DNA of 32,000 nucleotides. It comes from an uncultured Nitrososphaerota archaeon (GTDB lineage: Archaea; Korarchaeota; Korarchaeia; Korarchaeales; Korarchaeaceae). Location of the stretch: positions 32,887 through 64,886 of the forward strand of contig CAYZRF010000011.1 in the NCBI GenBank assembly GCA_964480775.1, in the 5' to 3' direction. Every line of letters starts with the position of its first letter. Position 1 is the first letter of the stretch. This document shows, piece after piece, positions 24,198 through 32,000 of the stretch. The position numbers and the translations under genes are program-made. The notes beneath the pieces were generated by a model. It was not told the origin of the DNA. It searched no databases and saw nothing but the letters and a program-made list of their open reading frames with translations.

Positions 24198-25340
24198 TTA
24201 GTTACGGGAATCTGCCTTTGATAATGGTATTACTGGTGCCTTTGGAAACCTCCCCAAATTGACCCACTCGTAAGGCGGAGCGTCAGCCAGGATAACTCTT
24301 ATCCCAATGGGTTTCCCTTTCCTATAAGCTAAGACCATTGCATCTCGAAATAGTTCAGCCAGGTTTCTGTCTTTCACGGAAGATGGCAGGATCACCATGT
24401 CCAAACCAGCAACAGAGACAGATATCATGGACACCAGATCCATTGCTGAAAGCGATCCTGAGGCACCTAATTCCTTCAATCTATTATCTTCGGCTAAAGG
24501 TAGCATGACTTCATTAAAGCCAGTTATGTTAAAGTGCTTGGAAAGGTTAGAAATTGAAATATTAAGCTTATGGATCGCGTTCAGGGTTCCAGGTCCTCCA
24601 AAAATTGTTCCAGACAAAATTTCTATCACACGCGCAACGCTCTCATCCATCCAAGGTGAGAGAGAGGAATCTATGCCTATGAACTCAAGGTCTTGATCTA
24701 AACTCGCTAATCTGATATCTTGAGCTATCGGATAAAGCAAGGAGAATAAGATCTCATCTAAACTCCCTTCATTAGAAGAAGACAGCTTATCTTGAAGACT
24801 TCCAGCATATCTCAAACAAGCAGAAATTCCTTTCCTATTAGATACAGAATCTGGAAAGTAAGGGGTCTCAGGCGGACCTCCGTATGCTATTGCAAACTTG
24901 GTACAAGCCTCAGGACCAGCAATTTCATAAATTCTCTTAATTAGCCTTGCCATCGAAATAAGTTCGAGCTTGCTAGGGTTCTCGTTCAGATCCCCAGCTT
25001 TGACGTTGAAAAAGATCTTTGATGTATTAGAAAGAGATTCTGACAAGAAATCTGCCACTTTCGTCGGATCTTGTGCACCCAAAGGGATGACGGCATAGTC
25101 TATTCCTGAGTCCGCTAAACCTTCCTCTACTCTGGTTGAGATCTTAGGAAGTTCTTCCATTTTGTAGCTTAGTTGTGGGAAAACAGCCCTCTTTGTCCAT
25201 ATTTTTGCTTTTGAGGAGTCTTCTATCTTCTTGAGCTTCTCTGAATCTTCGATGAAATGCTCTAAGGCATCTTCAACGTGCATATTCTTAGATGGGGGAA
25301 TATGATAAGTTAAAGCCCTCACTAAAACCATATGCGGCAT
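24198..25340 (-). CDS. DUF711 / UPF0210 family protein
   Basis: The block GFNEVMLPLAEDNRLKELGASGSLSAMDLVSMISVSVAGLDMVILPSSV...KGKPIGIRVIL matches my recollection of the UPF0210 C-terminal signature. Start trimmed from the TTG at 25403 to the ATG at 25340 (MPHMVLVRALTYHI). A minus-strand GTTAATAAAC box lies about 30 nt upstream. Confidence 0.65.
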   Translation of the reverse strand: MPHMVLVRALTYHIPPSKNMHVEDALEHFIEDSEKLKKIEDSSKAKIWTKRAVFPQLSYKMEELPKISTRVEEGLADSGIDYAVIPLGAQDPTKVADFLSESLSNTSKIFFNVKAGDLNENPSKLELISMARLIKRIYEIAGPEACTKFAIAYGGPPETPYFPDSVSNRKGISACLRYAGSLQDKLSSSNEGSLDEILFSLLYPIAQDIRLASLDQDLEFIGIDSSLSPWMDESVARVIEILSGTIFGGPGTLNAIHKLNISISNLSKHFNITGFNEVMLPLAEDNRLKELGASGSLSAMDLVSMISVSVAGLDMVILPSSVKDRNLAELFRDAMVLAYRKGKPIGIRVILADAPPYEWVNLGRFPKAPVIPLSKADSRN

Positions 25341-25467
25341 TTGAGACCAGAAATCTAAAAAACTTCTGTTTATTAACGTAAAAACTAAACTAGGACAAAG
25401 CAAAGGTCCCGAGATGTATTAAAAGTGTTTAAATAGCCTAATATAATTCCCATGTAGGTGTCTTCAA

Positions 25468-26163
25468 ATGGTCCACGAACATAGACTTTTAGATGATAAG
25501 ACAAGAAAAGCTCTGACCGAAAGGTTTCAAAACGAACTGGAAGAGGAGGTACACCTAATTCTTTTCAAAGGGATTGGAAACGAGGAATACGAAAACTGGT
25601 GTGAGAGACTATTAAAGGAACTTGAAGAGTTGTCAGAAAAGATAACAGCCTCCATCTATAATGTGCTAGAAAAAACAGATCTTGTTGAAAAATACGAGAT
25701 AATCAGCACCCCTACAATACTGATCTCTCCAGAGAAGGGTTACAAGATAAGGTGTGCTGGAAGCCCAATGGGTTATGAGGCTTGGTCCTTCATAGAGACA
25801 ATCGTTGCGGTTTCAAAAGGCGAAAGCGGCCTTGGATCTAAAGCGAAGGAAATAGCCAAGGAGATTGTAAGTAGAGGGATAGAGGTTAAGGCTTCTGTTT
25901 TCGTCACTCCGTCATGCCCTTACTGTCCACAACAAGTCTTAGCCGCGAATAAATTTGCAATAGAAGCAAAGGGCTTCTTTACGGCGGAGTGCGTTGAGGC
26001 TCAAGAGAACATAGAGCTTGCAACGAAGTTCAATGTCTCAGGAGTCCCACACACTGTGATATTCGTAAAGGATAATGGGGAGTGGGTTCCAAAGAGAGAC
26101 GACCTTGTTGGATTAAGACCTGAGGAGATTTTTGCGGAAGAAATTTTAGAGGCATTAGAGTGA
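25468..26163 (+). CDS. Protein disulfide oxidoreductase (PDO) / glutaredoxin-like protein with two thioredoxin-fold units
   Basis: 231 aa. The C-terminal unit has VFVTPSCPYCPQQVLAANKFAIE, with the CPYC active site seen in Pyrococcus-type PDO. The N-terminal unit has only a single Cys (ENWC). An AGGTG Shine-Dalgarno sequence lies about 9 nt upstream of the ATG. Confidence 0.8.
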   Translation: MVHEHRLLDDKTRKALTERFQNELEEEVHLILFKGIGNEEYENWCERLLKELEELSEKITASIYNVLEKTDLVEKYEIISTPTILISPEKGYKIRCAGSPMGYEAWSFIETIVAVSKGESGLGSKAKEIAKEIVSRGIEVKASVFVTPSCPYCPQQVLAANKFAIEAKGFFTAECVEAQENIELATKFNVSGVPHTVIFVKDNGEWVPKRDDLVGLRPEEIFAEEILEALE

Positions 26164-27045
26164 ATGAAATTGGCTAAGATACTTCTACTTAACGATGATG
26201 GACCAAACAGTCCTCCCTTCTTGGCCTTCTGGAAGGAACTGATGAGGTCCAATATAGGCGAACTGTACACAATAACTCCAGAACATGAAATGAGCGCTGC
26301 TGGAAAAGGACTAACACTTCACAAGCCCCTTAGGCTTTACAAGAGGGTTATAGAAGTGGATGGAGAGAAAGGGATCCTGTACCTGACCAACGGAACTCCT
26401 GGAGACTGCGTTGTTGTAGCAATAGACCTCATAATTGGATCAAAACCAGACCTCGTTATATCTGGGATAAACAAGGGCGACAACACCACAATAGACAACC
26501 TTTTCACAAGCGGAACGATAGCTGGGGCCCTTCAAGGGGTGCTAAACGGGGCTAAAGCAGCAGCTTTCTCAACAGAAATACCAATTGGCGAGTTTGAACT
26601 AGAAATAGATCACTTTAAGCCTCATGCGAAGATAGCAGTGATGATATCCAAATGGCTCGTTGAAAATGAGCTTCCAGGAATTCACCTCCTCAACGTAAAC
26701 TTTCCGTATAGAGTTACTGAAAAGACTCCAATTAAGCTGACAAAGCTAGGTTGGACAAAGTTCACTAACTACGTTTTAGAGAGGCTAGATCCGAGAGGAA
26801 GGCCTTACTATTGGATAGCCAGCACATTTAGAGATCTTACAACCGAAGGACCTGACACAGATGTTTACGCATTAGAAGCAGAGAAAGCCATCTCAATAAC
26901 GCCGATAAAACTGGACCTCAGTATTTTCAGCTTTATGGAAGAGGATCCAACTAAATTAAAGAAGCAGGCTGAAGAAGCAGTTGAAAAACTGGAGGGACTT
27001 ATCTCAATCCTTGAAAAAATGAAAGAAGAGATATTCATTCGTTAG
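26164..27045 (+). CDS. surE: 5'/3'-nucleotidase SurE
   Basis: It has ILLLNDDGPNSPPF (the NDDG motif) and SGINKGDN. The ATG directly follows the PDO TGA stop. A ~35-aa charged, helical C-terminal extension is present. Confidence 0.9.
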   Translation: MKLAKILLLNDDGPNSPPFLAFWKELMRSNIGELYTITPEHEMSAAGKGLTLHKPLRLYKRVIEVDGEKGILYLTNGTPGDCVVVAIDLIIGSKPDLVISGINKGDNTTIDNLFTSGTIAGALQGVLNGAKAAAFSTEIPIGEFELEIDHFKPHAKIAVMISKWLVENELPGIHLLNVNFPYRVTEKTPIKLTKLGWTKFTNYVLERLDPRGRPYYWIASTFRDLTTEGPDTDVYALEAEKAISITPIKLDLSIFSFMEEDPTKLKKQAEEAVEKLEGLISILEKMKEEIFIR

Positions 27046-27485
27046 CGGTCTTTAATGAGCTTAAATCCGTAACGATTCACTAACTCTCTTGAAAGCTTTT
27101 TTGATAGCGTCGTTATGAAGATCTCAGCCGTTACTTGTACCTCTGCCTCTAAAAGATGACCCGCAACAATTCCCTTTTTGGTACCAAGGGTGACGTGTAG
27201 ATGGGGGAACGGCTTTCCATCGGGCAAGATTGAGATGTTTCCTAGAAGAGAAACAAGCTCTGAAAAACCTTCAACTTCCTCTGGCTCATATTCTCCTTTT
27301 TCAGGTACAAACACACCTACTTTTGCTCTTCTTATTCCACCTATCCCCATTACAAAGGCACCTTTAATGTCCCTTTTTTCAGCAATCTCTGTTAACTTAG
27401 CTATTATCTCATCCCCATCCTCCAATCTCACGAAAATCACATCTTTAACCGACGAAAGAAGTCCCGGAAGGGTCTCTGAAGACAA
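27042..27485 (-). CDS. PPC (DUF296) domain protein
   Basis: 147 aa. The pattern VRLEDGDEI...IKGAFVMGIGGIRRAKVGV...ELVSLLGNIS...PHLHVTLG...VAGHLLEAEV..TAEIFI fits the PPC/DUF296 beta-sandwich family. Confidence 0.65.
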   Translation of the reverse strand: MSSETLPGLLSSVKDVIFVRLEDGDEIIAKLTEIAEKRDIKGAFVMGIGGIRRAKVGVFVPEKGEYEPEEVEGFSELVSLLGNISILPDGKPFPHLHVTLGTKKGIVAGHLLEAEVQVTAEIFITTLSKKLSRELVNRYGFKLIKDR

Positions 27486-27622
27486 TCAATCACCCACCAG
27501 TTCATGTTAGCGAACATAATAAAGCCTTCTCGAACAACTTCAGCTCGCTGAAGGCAAAGGATTGAATCTTCAAGATAGAATATTATTCTTTTAATTAATC
27601 TAGTCTGAATGTCTTGAGAAAC

Positions 27623-28756
27623 ATGATCCCAATAGCTAGACCTGTTTTAGGCGAAGAAGAAATAAATGCCGTTAGAGAGGTCCTTCTAAGCGGGCAACTA
27701 GCCCAGGGTCCAAAGGTAAAAGAGTTTGAGGAAAGATTTGCAGAATACGTAGGCACTAGGTATGCTGTTGCTGTCTCAAATGGGACAGCGGCTCTTCAAT
27801 TGGCTTTGATAGCTTTAGGTGTGAGGCCAGGTGACGAAGTGATAACGAGCCCGTTAAGTTTCTTTGCAAGCGCAAGTTCTATTCTGTTGATAGGAGCTAA
27901 ACCCGTTTTCGTAGATGTAGAAGAGAGGACCTACAACATAGATCCAAAGAAAATAAAGGCCGCGATTACCCCAAAGACAAAGGCAATAATGGTAGTTCAC
28001 TTACACGGCCATCCGGCGGACATGGATCCTATATTAGATGTTGCAAGGGAAGAGAACATACCAGTTCTTGAAGATGCTGCTCAGGCCCATGGTGCTCAAT
28101 ACAAAGGAAAAATGGCTGGTTCTTTGGGAGATGCTGCAACATTTAGCTTCTACGCCACTAAGAACATGACGACAGGTGAAGGCGGAATGGTCACCACAAA
28201 CTCTAGAGAGGTTGCTGAAATGATCTCACTTCTAAGACATCACGGGCAGATATCAAGGTATGTTCACGAGTATTTGGGCTATAACATGAGAATGACAGAA
28301 TTACAAGCGGCCATAGGGCTGGTTCAGCTGCGAAAGCTTGATGCCAACAATAGGAGAAGAAGGGAGATAGCTAAGAGATACTCTGAGGAGCTTTCTGGCA
28401 TAAAAGAAATTATCCTGCCTGTAGAGGAGCGGTGGGCTAAACACTCATGGCATCTTTATGCGATTAGGACTGAAAAGGATAGAAGAGGTTCTATAATAAG
28501 TAAGTTAAGAGAGCTAGGGGTTGATGCTAGGTCTACATATCCAATACCGCTACACAAACAACCCATCATGGAAGGACTTAACGACGACAGCAAGAATTTC
28601 TTGGCTAGGATCTTTCCTTCAATTTCGTATGCCAATATATCGTTGCCTATTGCTGAAAGACTCACCAATGAGCTGTTCTATATACCGGTTCACCATAACC
28701 TCTCTGATGAGGAGGTTTCTGGGGTAATAGATTCTGTTAGAAGGGTTCTCTCTTAG
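27623..28756 (+). CDS. DegT/DnrJ/EryC1/StrS family PLP-dependent (sugar) aminotransferase
   Basis: Start trimmed to the ATG at 27623 (MIPIARPVLGEEEI...). It has VSNGTAALQLAL, EDAAQAHGA and the PLP-lysine block SFYATKNMTTGEGGMV. Confidence 0.9.
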   Translation: MIPIARPVLGEEEINAVREVLLSGQLAQGPKVKEFEERFAEYVGTRYAVAVSNGTAALQLALIALGVRPGDEVITSPLSFFASASSILLIGAKPVFVDVEERTYNIDPKKIKAAITPKTKAIMVVHLHGHPADMDPILDVAREENIPVLEDAAQAHGAQYKGKMAGSLGDAATFSFYATKNMTTGEGGMVTTNSREVAEMISLLRHHGQISRYVHEYLGYNMRMTELQAAIGLVQLRKLDANNRRRREIAKRYSEELSGIKEIILPVEERWAKHSWHLYAIRTEKDRRGSIISKLRELGVDARSTYPIPLHKQPIMEGLNDDSKNFLARIFPSISYANISLPIAERLTNELFYIPVHHNLSDEEVSGVIDSVRRVLS

Positions 28757-28798
28757 GGCGACCTGAAGGTTATATTTGCGAAGTAATTCATCCAATGA

Positions 28799-29098
28799 AT
28801 GGCGGTAAACGAAATGGAACAGGCAGATCAATTCGAAAAATCCATTTACAGGATAGCAATATCCCTAATAATCTTTGGACTTGGTCTTCTCTCCACAATT
28901 TTCGTAATATCTATGATCCTCTTCATCAGAGAAATGGGAAAGGAGAGTTCATCCGTTAGCGGCTCAATGACGGGTCTTATCATATCTCTTACAAAGATAC
29001 TTCCATTAACTATGGCCTTGGCAGCAGCAATAATAATGCTCAGCAAAGGACTTGGCCTTCTCCTTAAGGTTAGAGATCTTCCTAGGGGAGAAAACTGA
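28799..29098 (+). CDS. Small membrane protein (2-3 TM helices); function unknown
   Basis: 99 aa with hydrophobic segments IAISLIIFGLGLLSTIFVISMILFI and ILPLTMALAAAIIMLSKGLGLLL. A TTATATTT box lies about 20 nt upstream. I recognised no family signature. Confidence 0.45.
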   Translation: MAVNEMEQADQFEKSIYRIAISLIIFGLGLLSTIFVISMILFIREMGKESSSVSGSMTGLIISLTKILPLTMALAAAIIMLSKGLGLLLKVRDLPRGEN

Positions 29099-29167
29099 AA
29101 GTATAGAGAATAGGCCTCTTAAATCTATGTCAAAAGCTCTTTCTATGTTGCTTAATTAATTCTAGCA

Positions 29168-29767
29168 TTATATCTTTTTTAGAGCTTCGTCCAATCTTTT
29201 AGACGCTTGTTGCGCAATCTTCTTGTGAAGGTTTTCTCCACAAGAGTCTATAGCTACTAACAAAGGTCCAAAGTTCTCAACCTCTAAAACCCACATGGCT
29301 TCAGGCATCCCTAAGTCTAGCCAGAAGACATCTTTCACTTTCTTCACTGCTTTGATGGCAAGAACAGATGCTCCACCAGGAAATGTTGCGTAGAAAGCCC
29401 CGAACCTCTTCATAGCTTCTGCTGTCTTTTCGCCCATGCCTCCTTTGCCAATTACAGCCCGTATTCCAGTTTTTTCTATGAACTCAGCTTCGAAGATCTC
29501 CATTCTTGTGCTTGTAGTCGGTCCTCCTCCAAATGCTCGCCATTCTTCTCCTATTTTCTTAATTACAGGGCCGCAATGGTAAATTGCTAGACCTCTGAGG
29601 TCTATGGGTAGTTTTTCACCTTTTTCCACGAATTCGAGGACACGTCTATGAGCTGCGTCTCTTGCAGTCACGATAGTTCCAGAGATGTAAACAACATCAC
29701 CAACTCTAAGCTTCCTAGCCTCTTCTTCAGGTATAGGCGTCTCTAATCTATATTCAGCCACACCCAT
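29168..29767 (-). CDS. Class I (Fe-S) fumarate hydratase / tartrate dehydratase, beta subunit (C-terminal domain type)
   Basis: Start trimmed to the ATG at 29767 (MGVAEYRLETPIPEEEARKLRVGDVVYISGTIVTARDAAHRR...), 4 nt after the alpha stop with GGTG between them. The GPTTS.RM and IGKGGMG blocks are present. Confidence 0.85.
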   Translation of the reverse strand: MGVAEYRLETPIPEEEARKLRVGDVVYISGTIVTARDAAHRRVLEFVEKGEKLPIDLRGLAIYHCGPVIKKIGEEWRAFGGGPTTSTRMEIFEAEFIEKTGIRAVIGKGGMGEKTAEAMKRFGAFYATFPGGASVLAIKAVKKVKDVFWLDLGMPEAMWVLEVENFGPLLVAIDSCGENLHKKIAQQASKRLDEALKKI

Positions 29768-29771
29768 CACC

Positions 29772-30641
29772 TCATGGCATGATAATTTCGTAAGATCCGT
29801 CGCTCTTGAACTTGGCAACTCCCCTCCTAGATGCCCAGCACATGGTGCAAACCCCAACGGGGAGACTTGCGGGGTGCCGGTGGGCCCACTCAATGTTTAC
29901 TCCAAGCACAGTTATCTTACCCCCAACGCCCATAGGACCTATTCCTAAGGAGTTCAAGGCAGAAAGGAGTTCCTCTTCAAGTTTTGCGATTTTTTCATCA
30001 GGATTTCTCTCATCAAGTCTCCTGAAAAGAGCTTTTTTGGCTAAAACCATTGCAAAATCCTCTGCTCCTCCTATACCTACCCCTACTATAATTGGAGGGC
30101 AAGGCTTAGCCCCGGCATCAAATACAGTCCTTAAAACGACCTCTTTCACGCCTTTTATGCCCAAACCAGGGCTTATCATGTGGAGTTTGCTTGTGTTCGC
30201 ACTTCCTCCCCCCTTAGGCATGAACTTAACAGTGAGCTCATCTCCAGGAACTATATCATAGTGAATTATTGGAACAAATCTTCCAACGTTGTCTCCACTA
30301 TTCTTTCCAGTGAAAGGGTTGACGGCATTCGGCCTTAGAGGAATCTCTTGGGTCGCTCTCCTAATAACCTTCTCTAAAATTGGCCTTAGGTTTCTGATCG
30401 GGAAGTCCTCGCCAAGTTCTAAGAAGAAAGTTGGAGTTCCCGTGTCCTGGCATATTGGCAAGCTTTCTTTAAGAGCAAGTTCAGCATTTTTAAGCAAGGC
30501 ATTGAGCTGAGATCTAGCTAAATCGCTTTCTTCTTTCTCAAATGCCTTCCTTAATGCTTGCAACACATCATCTGGAAGCTTTACCGACGTCTTCTTTACT
30601 AGCTGAAATAACCCTTTTTCTAACTTCTCCGCGCTAGGCAT
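29772..30641 (-). CDS. Class I (Fe-S) fumarate hydratase / tartrate dehydratase, alpha subunit (N-terminal domain type)
   Basis: 289 aa with the ICQDTGTPTFFLELG (CQDTG) motif, KGGGSANTSKL and GVGIGG blocks. Confidence 0.88.
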   Translation of the reverse strand: MPSAEKLEKGLFQLVKKTSVKLPDDVLQALRKAFEKEESDLARSQLNALLKNAELALKESLPICQDTGTPTFFLELGEDFPIRNLRPILEKVIRRATQEIPLRPNAVNPFTGKNSGDNVGRFVPIIHYDIVPGDELTVKFMPKGGGSANTSKLHMISPGLGIKGVKEVVLRTVFDAGAKPCPPIIVGVGIGGAEDFAMVLAKKALFRRLDERNPDEKIAKLEEELLSALNSLGIGPMGVGGKITVLGVNIEWAHRHPASLPVGVCTMCWASRRGVAKFKSDGSYEIIMP

Positions 30642-30762
30642 CTTGCTTTGAGATTAAATGAAATCGATAAACTTTACCCCTTTGACAAGAAATCAAAAAA
30701 AGCTTAGAGATCGATAACCAAGAAAAAAATATTAATGGGAAAGGTAAATTCAATAATTAACT

Positions 30763-31029
30763 ATGAGGGTGAGAATAAGACTATTTGCATCTTTTAGAGA
30801 AGCTGCTGGAATAAAAGAAGTTGAATTAGAGGTTCCAGATGGATCAAAGGTGTTTGAGGTAATGAAAAAATTAGCTGAGCGGTTTCCCAAGCTAAAAGGA
30901 CTGCTTTTTGAAGGAGATAGGATGAAAGAAGATTATCACATCGTAAAAGGCGGTAGATGGCTCAAAGGAAACGACTTACTGTTAGACGGAGATCAGATCG
31001 CAATCTTTCCACCCGTAGGGGGAGGATAA
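30763..31029 (+). CDS. MoaD/ThiS-family ubiquitin-like sulfur-carrier / SAMP-like protein
   Basis: 88 aa. It begins MRVRIRLFASFREAAG and ends DQIAIFPPVGGG, a beta-grasp protein with a C-terminal Gly-Gly. Confidence 0.8.
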   Translation: MRVRIRLFASFREAAGIKEVELEVPDGSKVFEVMKKLAERFPKLKGLLFEGDRMKEDYHIVKGGRWLKGNDLLLDGDQIAIFPPVGGG

Positions 31030-31034
31030 AGCAC

Positions 31035-32000
31035 CTACTTCCCAATCTTGCCCTTGTAGAGGAATTGTTTTTCGTAGAGCTTTCTTAGATTTTGGAGTGT
31101 TTCGGCCTCATCGGGAGTTTTGTCCTCTCTAATGGAAACAATCCTCGCAAATCTCAGAGCAAGGCCACTCTCGTATTTGGGACTCTTCTGAATTTCGTTA
31201 AATGCTACTTCCACCACTATACTTGGCCTAACTTTTACTAAATGTCCGTCATCGTAGTAAGCTAGCTCCCTAAGCCTTTGAGTCATCATCTCGAACTCTT
31301 GATCTGTAAGTCCCTTGAATGTCTTTCCCACTACGAAAAAAGTTCCAGTATCTTCATCCCTCGCGGCCAAATAATAGTCTGACAGCCATTTGTGCCTCCT
31401 CCCATAGCCCCTCTCTGCAGCGACAATTACCAAATCGAGAGTTGCCAAAACTGGCTTAATCTTAAACCAATTTTTGCCCCTTACTCCTGGCGTATAAGTG
31501 CTATCCAGCTTCTTTGCTATCAAACCCTCATGTCCTTTGTCCAACGCCTCTTGAAGGAAGTCTTTCACCTCTTCCTCTTTTTCACAAATCTTAGCTGGAA
31601 CTATCCACTCATCATCTACTAAACTCTCAAGAAGTTCTCTTCTCTTCATGTAGGGCTCGTCTATTAACATCCTACCGTCGATATGCAAGATATCAAAAAG
31701 AAATAAGCGTAGAGGGATTTCTCGAATAGAGCGTGCTATGTCACTCTTCCTCCTTAGTCTTCTTGAAACAAATTGAAACGGGAGAGGTTTCCCCTCCGAG
31801 CTAATTGCAATGGCCTCCCCATCTGCAACGACTTCTTTTCTTCCAAATATTTCCGAGAATTGCTCCACAACATCTGGTAAACTATCTGTAACATCGCTAA
31901 GTCTTCTTGTAAAAGCTCTTATCCTTCTATTCTTGGAGTGCATTTGAAGCCTAATTCCGTCTAATTTGTATTCAAACGAGGCTTTCTTAAACTCTTTCAA
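31035..32000 (-). CDS. lig: ATP-dependent DNA ligase (adenylation and OB-fold domains); the N-terminal part lies beyond the window edge
   Basis: It has motif I EYKLDGIRLQMH (KxDG), DGEAI, LFLFDILHIDG, EGLIAK and NWFKIKP, plus the C-terminal OB-domain block LRFARIVSIREDK. The reading frame is open to position 32000, so the M at the ORF-track start is internal. Confidence 0.9.
   Translation of the reverse strand: MKEFKKASFEYKLDGIRLQMHSKNRRIRAFTRRLSDVTDSLPDVVEQFSEIFGRKEVVADGEAIAISSEGKPLPFQFVSRRLRRKSDIARSIREIPLRLFLFDILHIDGRMLIDEPYMKRRELLESLVDDEWIVPAKICEKEEEVKDFLQEALDKGHEGLIAKKLDSTYTPGVRGKNWFKIKPVLATLDLVIVAAERGYGRRHKWLSDYYLAARDEDTGTFFVVGKTFKGLTDQEFEMMTQRLRELAYYDDGHLVKVRPSIVVEVAFNEIQKSPKYESGLALRFARIVSIREDKTPDEAETLQNLRKLYEKQFLYKGKIGK

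Noticed and set aside
27538-27553. Palindrome CTTCAG-CTCG-CTGAAG, plus a nearby AGAATA-T-TATTCT repeat, in the PPC/DegT divergent intergenic region
   Set aside because: Six-bp arms in an AT-rich 128-nt region are expected by chance. There is no second copy or other supporting context.
29768-29893. 42-codon N-terminal extension of the fumarate hydratase beta-subunit ORF overlapping the alpha subunit; considered as a possible fusion or frameshift
   Set aside because: The alpha subunit ends cleanly at a TGA (29772-29774), followed by GGTG and an ATG at 29767. The extension is Gly/Pro-rich with no homology pattern. Ordinary two-gene coupling explains it.
1-32000. Window-wide search by eye for CRISPR repeats, IS/MITE terminal inverted repeats, toxin-antitoxin pairs, restriction-modification or other known defence genes, inteins, and rRNA or other large ncRNAs
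   Set aside because: None recognised. All ORFs of at least ~100 aa that are not antisense shadows are accounted for by housekeeping or conserved-hypothetical families. A computational repeat search (e.g. self-dot-plot, CRISPR finder) would be needed to exclude short dispersed repeats, which I cannot detect reliably by reading.

Overview
This window is a compact, gene-dense archaeal chromosomal segment of about 40 genes on both strands. Many gene junctions overlap by 1-11 nt. Intergenic regions are short and AT-rich, with TATA-like boxes about 25-35 nt from start codons. Codon usage is rich in AGA/AGG/ATA, and GC looks like the mid-40s % by eye (not computed). These traits suggest a (hyper)thermophilic archaeon, but I cannot assign a lineage from the sequence alone.

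The content is mostly housekeeping:
- Translation and RNA: archaeal GluRS, alpha2-type GlyRS, and an intron-containing tRNA-Lys(UUU).
- Energy and central metabolism: a four-subunit 2-oxoacid:ferredoxin oxidoreductase (porGDAB order), a two-subunit class I fumarate hydratase, and an isoaspartyl peptidase/asparaginase (edge-truncated).
- Transport: a ZnuA/C/B-like metal ABC transporter with an inserted FmdE-domain gene, and an ABC-2 (NatAB-like) exporter.
- DNA, nucleotide and phosphoester enzymes: ATP-dependent DNA ligase (edge-truncated), SurE, Nudix, MazG-like, purine PRTase, DHH/DHHA1 phosphoesterase, metallophosphoesterase and a beta-CASP-like MBL nuclease.
- Others: Lrp/AsnC regulator, DegT-type aminotransferase, PDO-type thioredoxin-fold protein, Sec61-beta and a MoaD/ThiS-like protein.

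I saw no CRISPR array, integrase, transposase, IS/MITE, rRNA or recognisable defence genes. The window reads as core genome rather than an accessory island.

The supplied ORF track takes the longest ATG/GTG/TTG ORFs, so I trimmed several starts.

The candidates most worth a second look:
1. A translationally coupled trio at 12338-14389: a DUF1512-like membrane protein, a membrane-anchored zinc-ribbon protein and a Nudix hydrolase.
2. An RNase HIII-like nuclease (TBP-like N-domain plus RNase HII/HIII fold) embedded between two secreted surface-protein genes.
3. An orphan LysW-like zinc-ribbon protein with an acidic, Trp-containing tail.
4. A candidate C/D-box sRNA with its own TATA box at 3930-4019.
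5. A CoADR/Nox-like flavoprotein that has lost both its redox Cys and its NAD(P)H-binding motif.

All functional calls come from motif recognition by eye. No database search was run.
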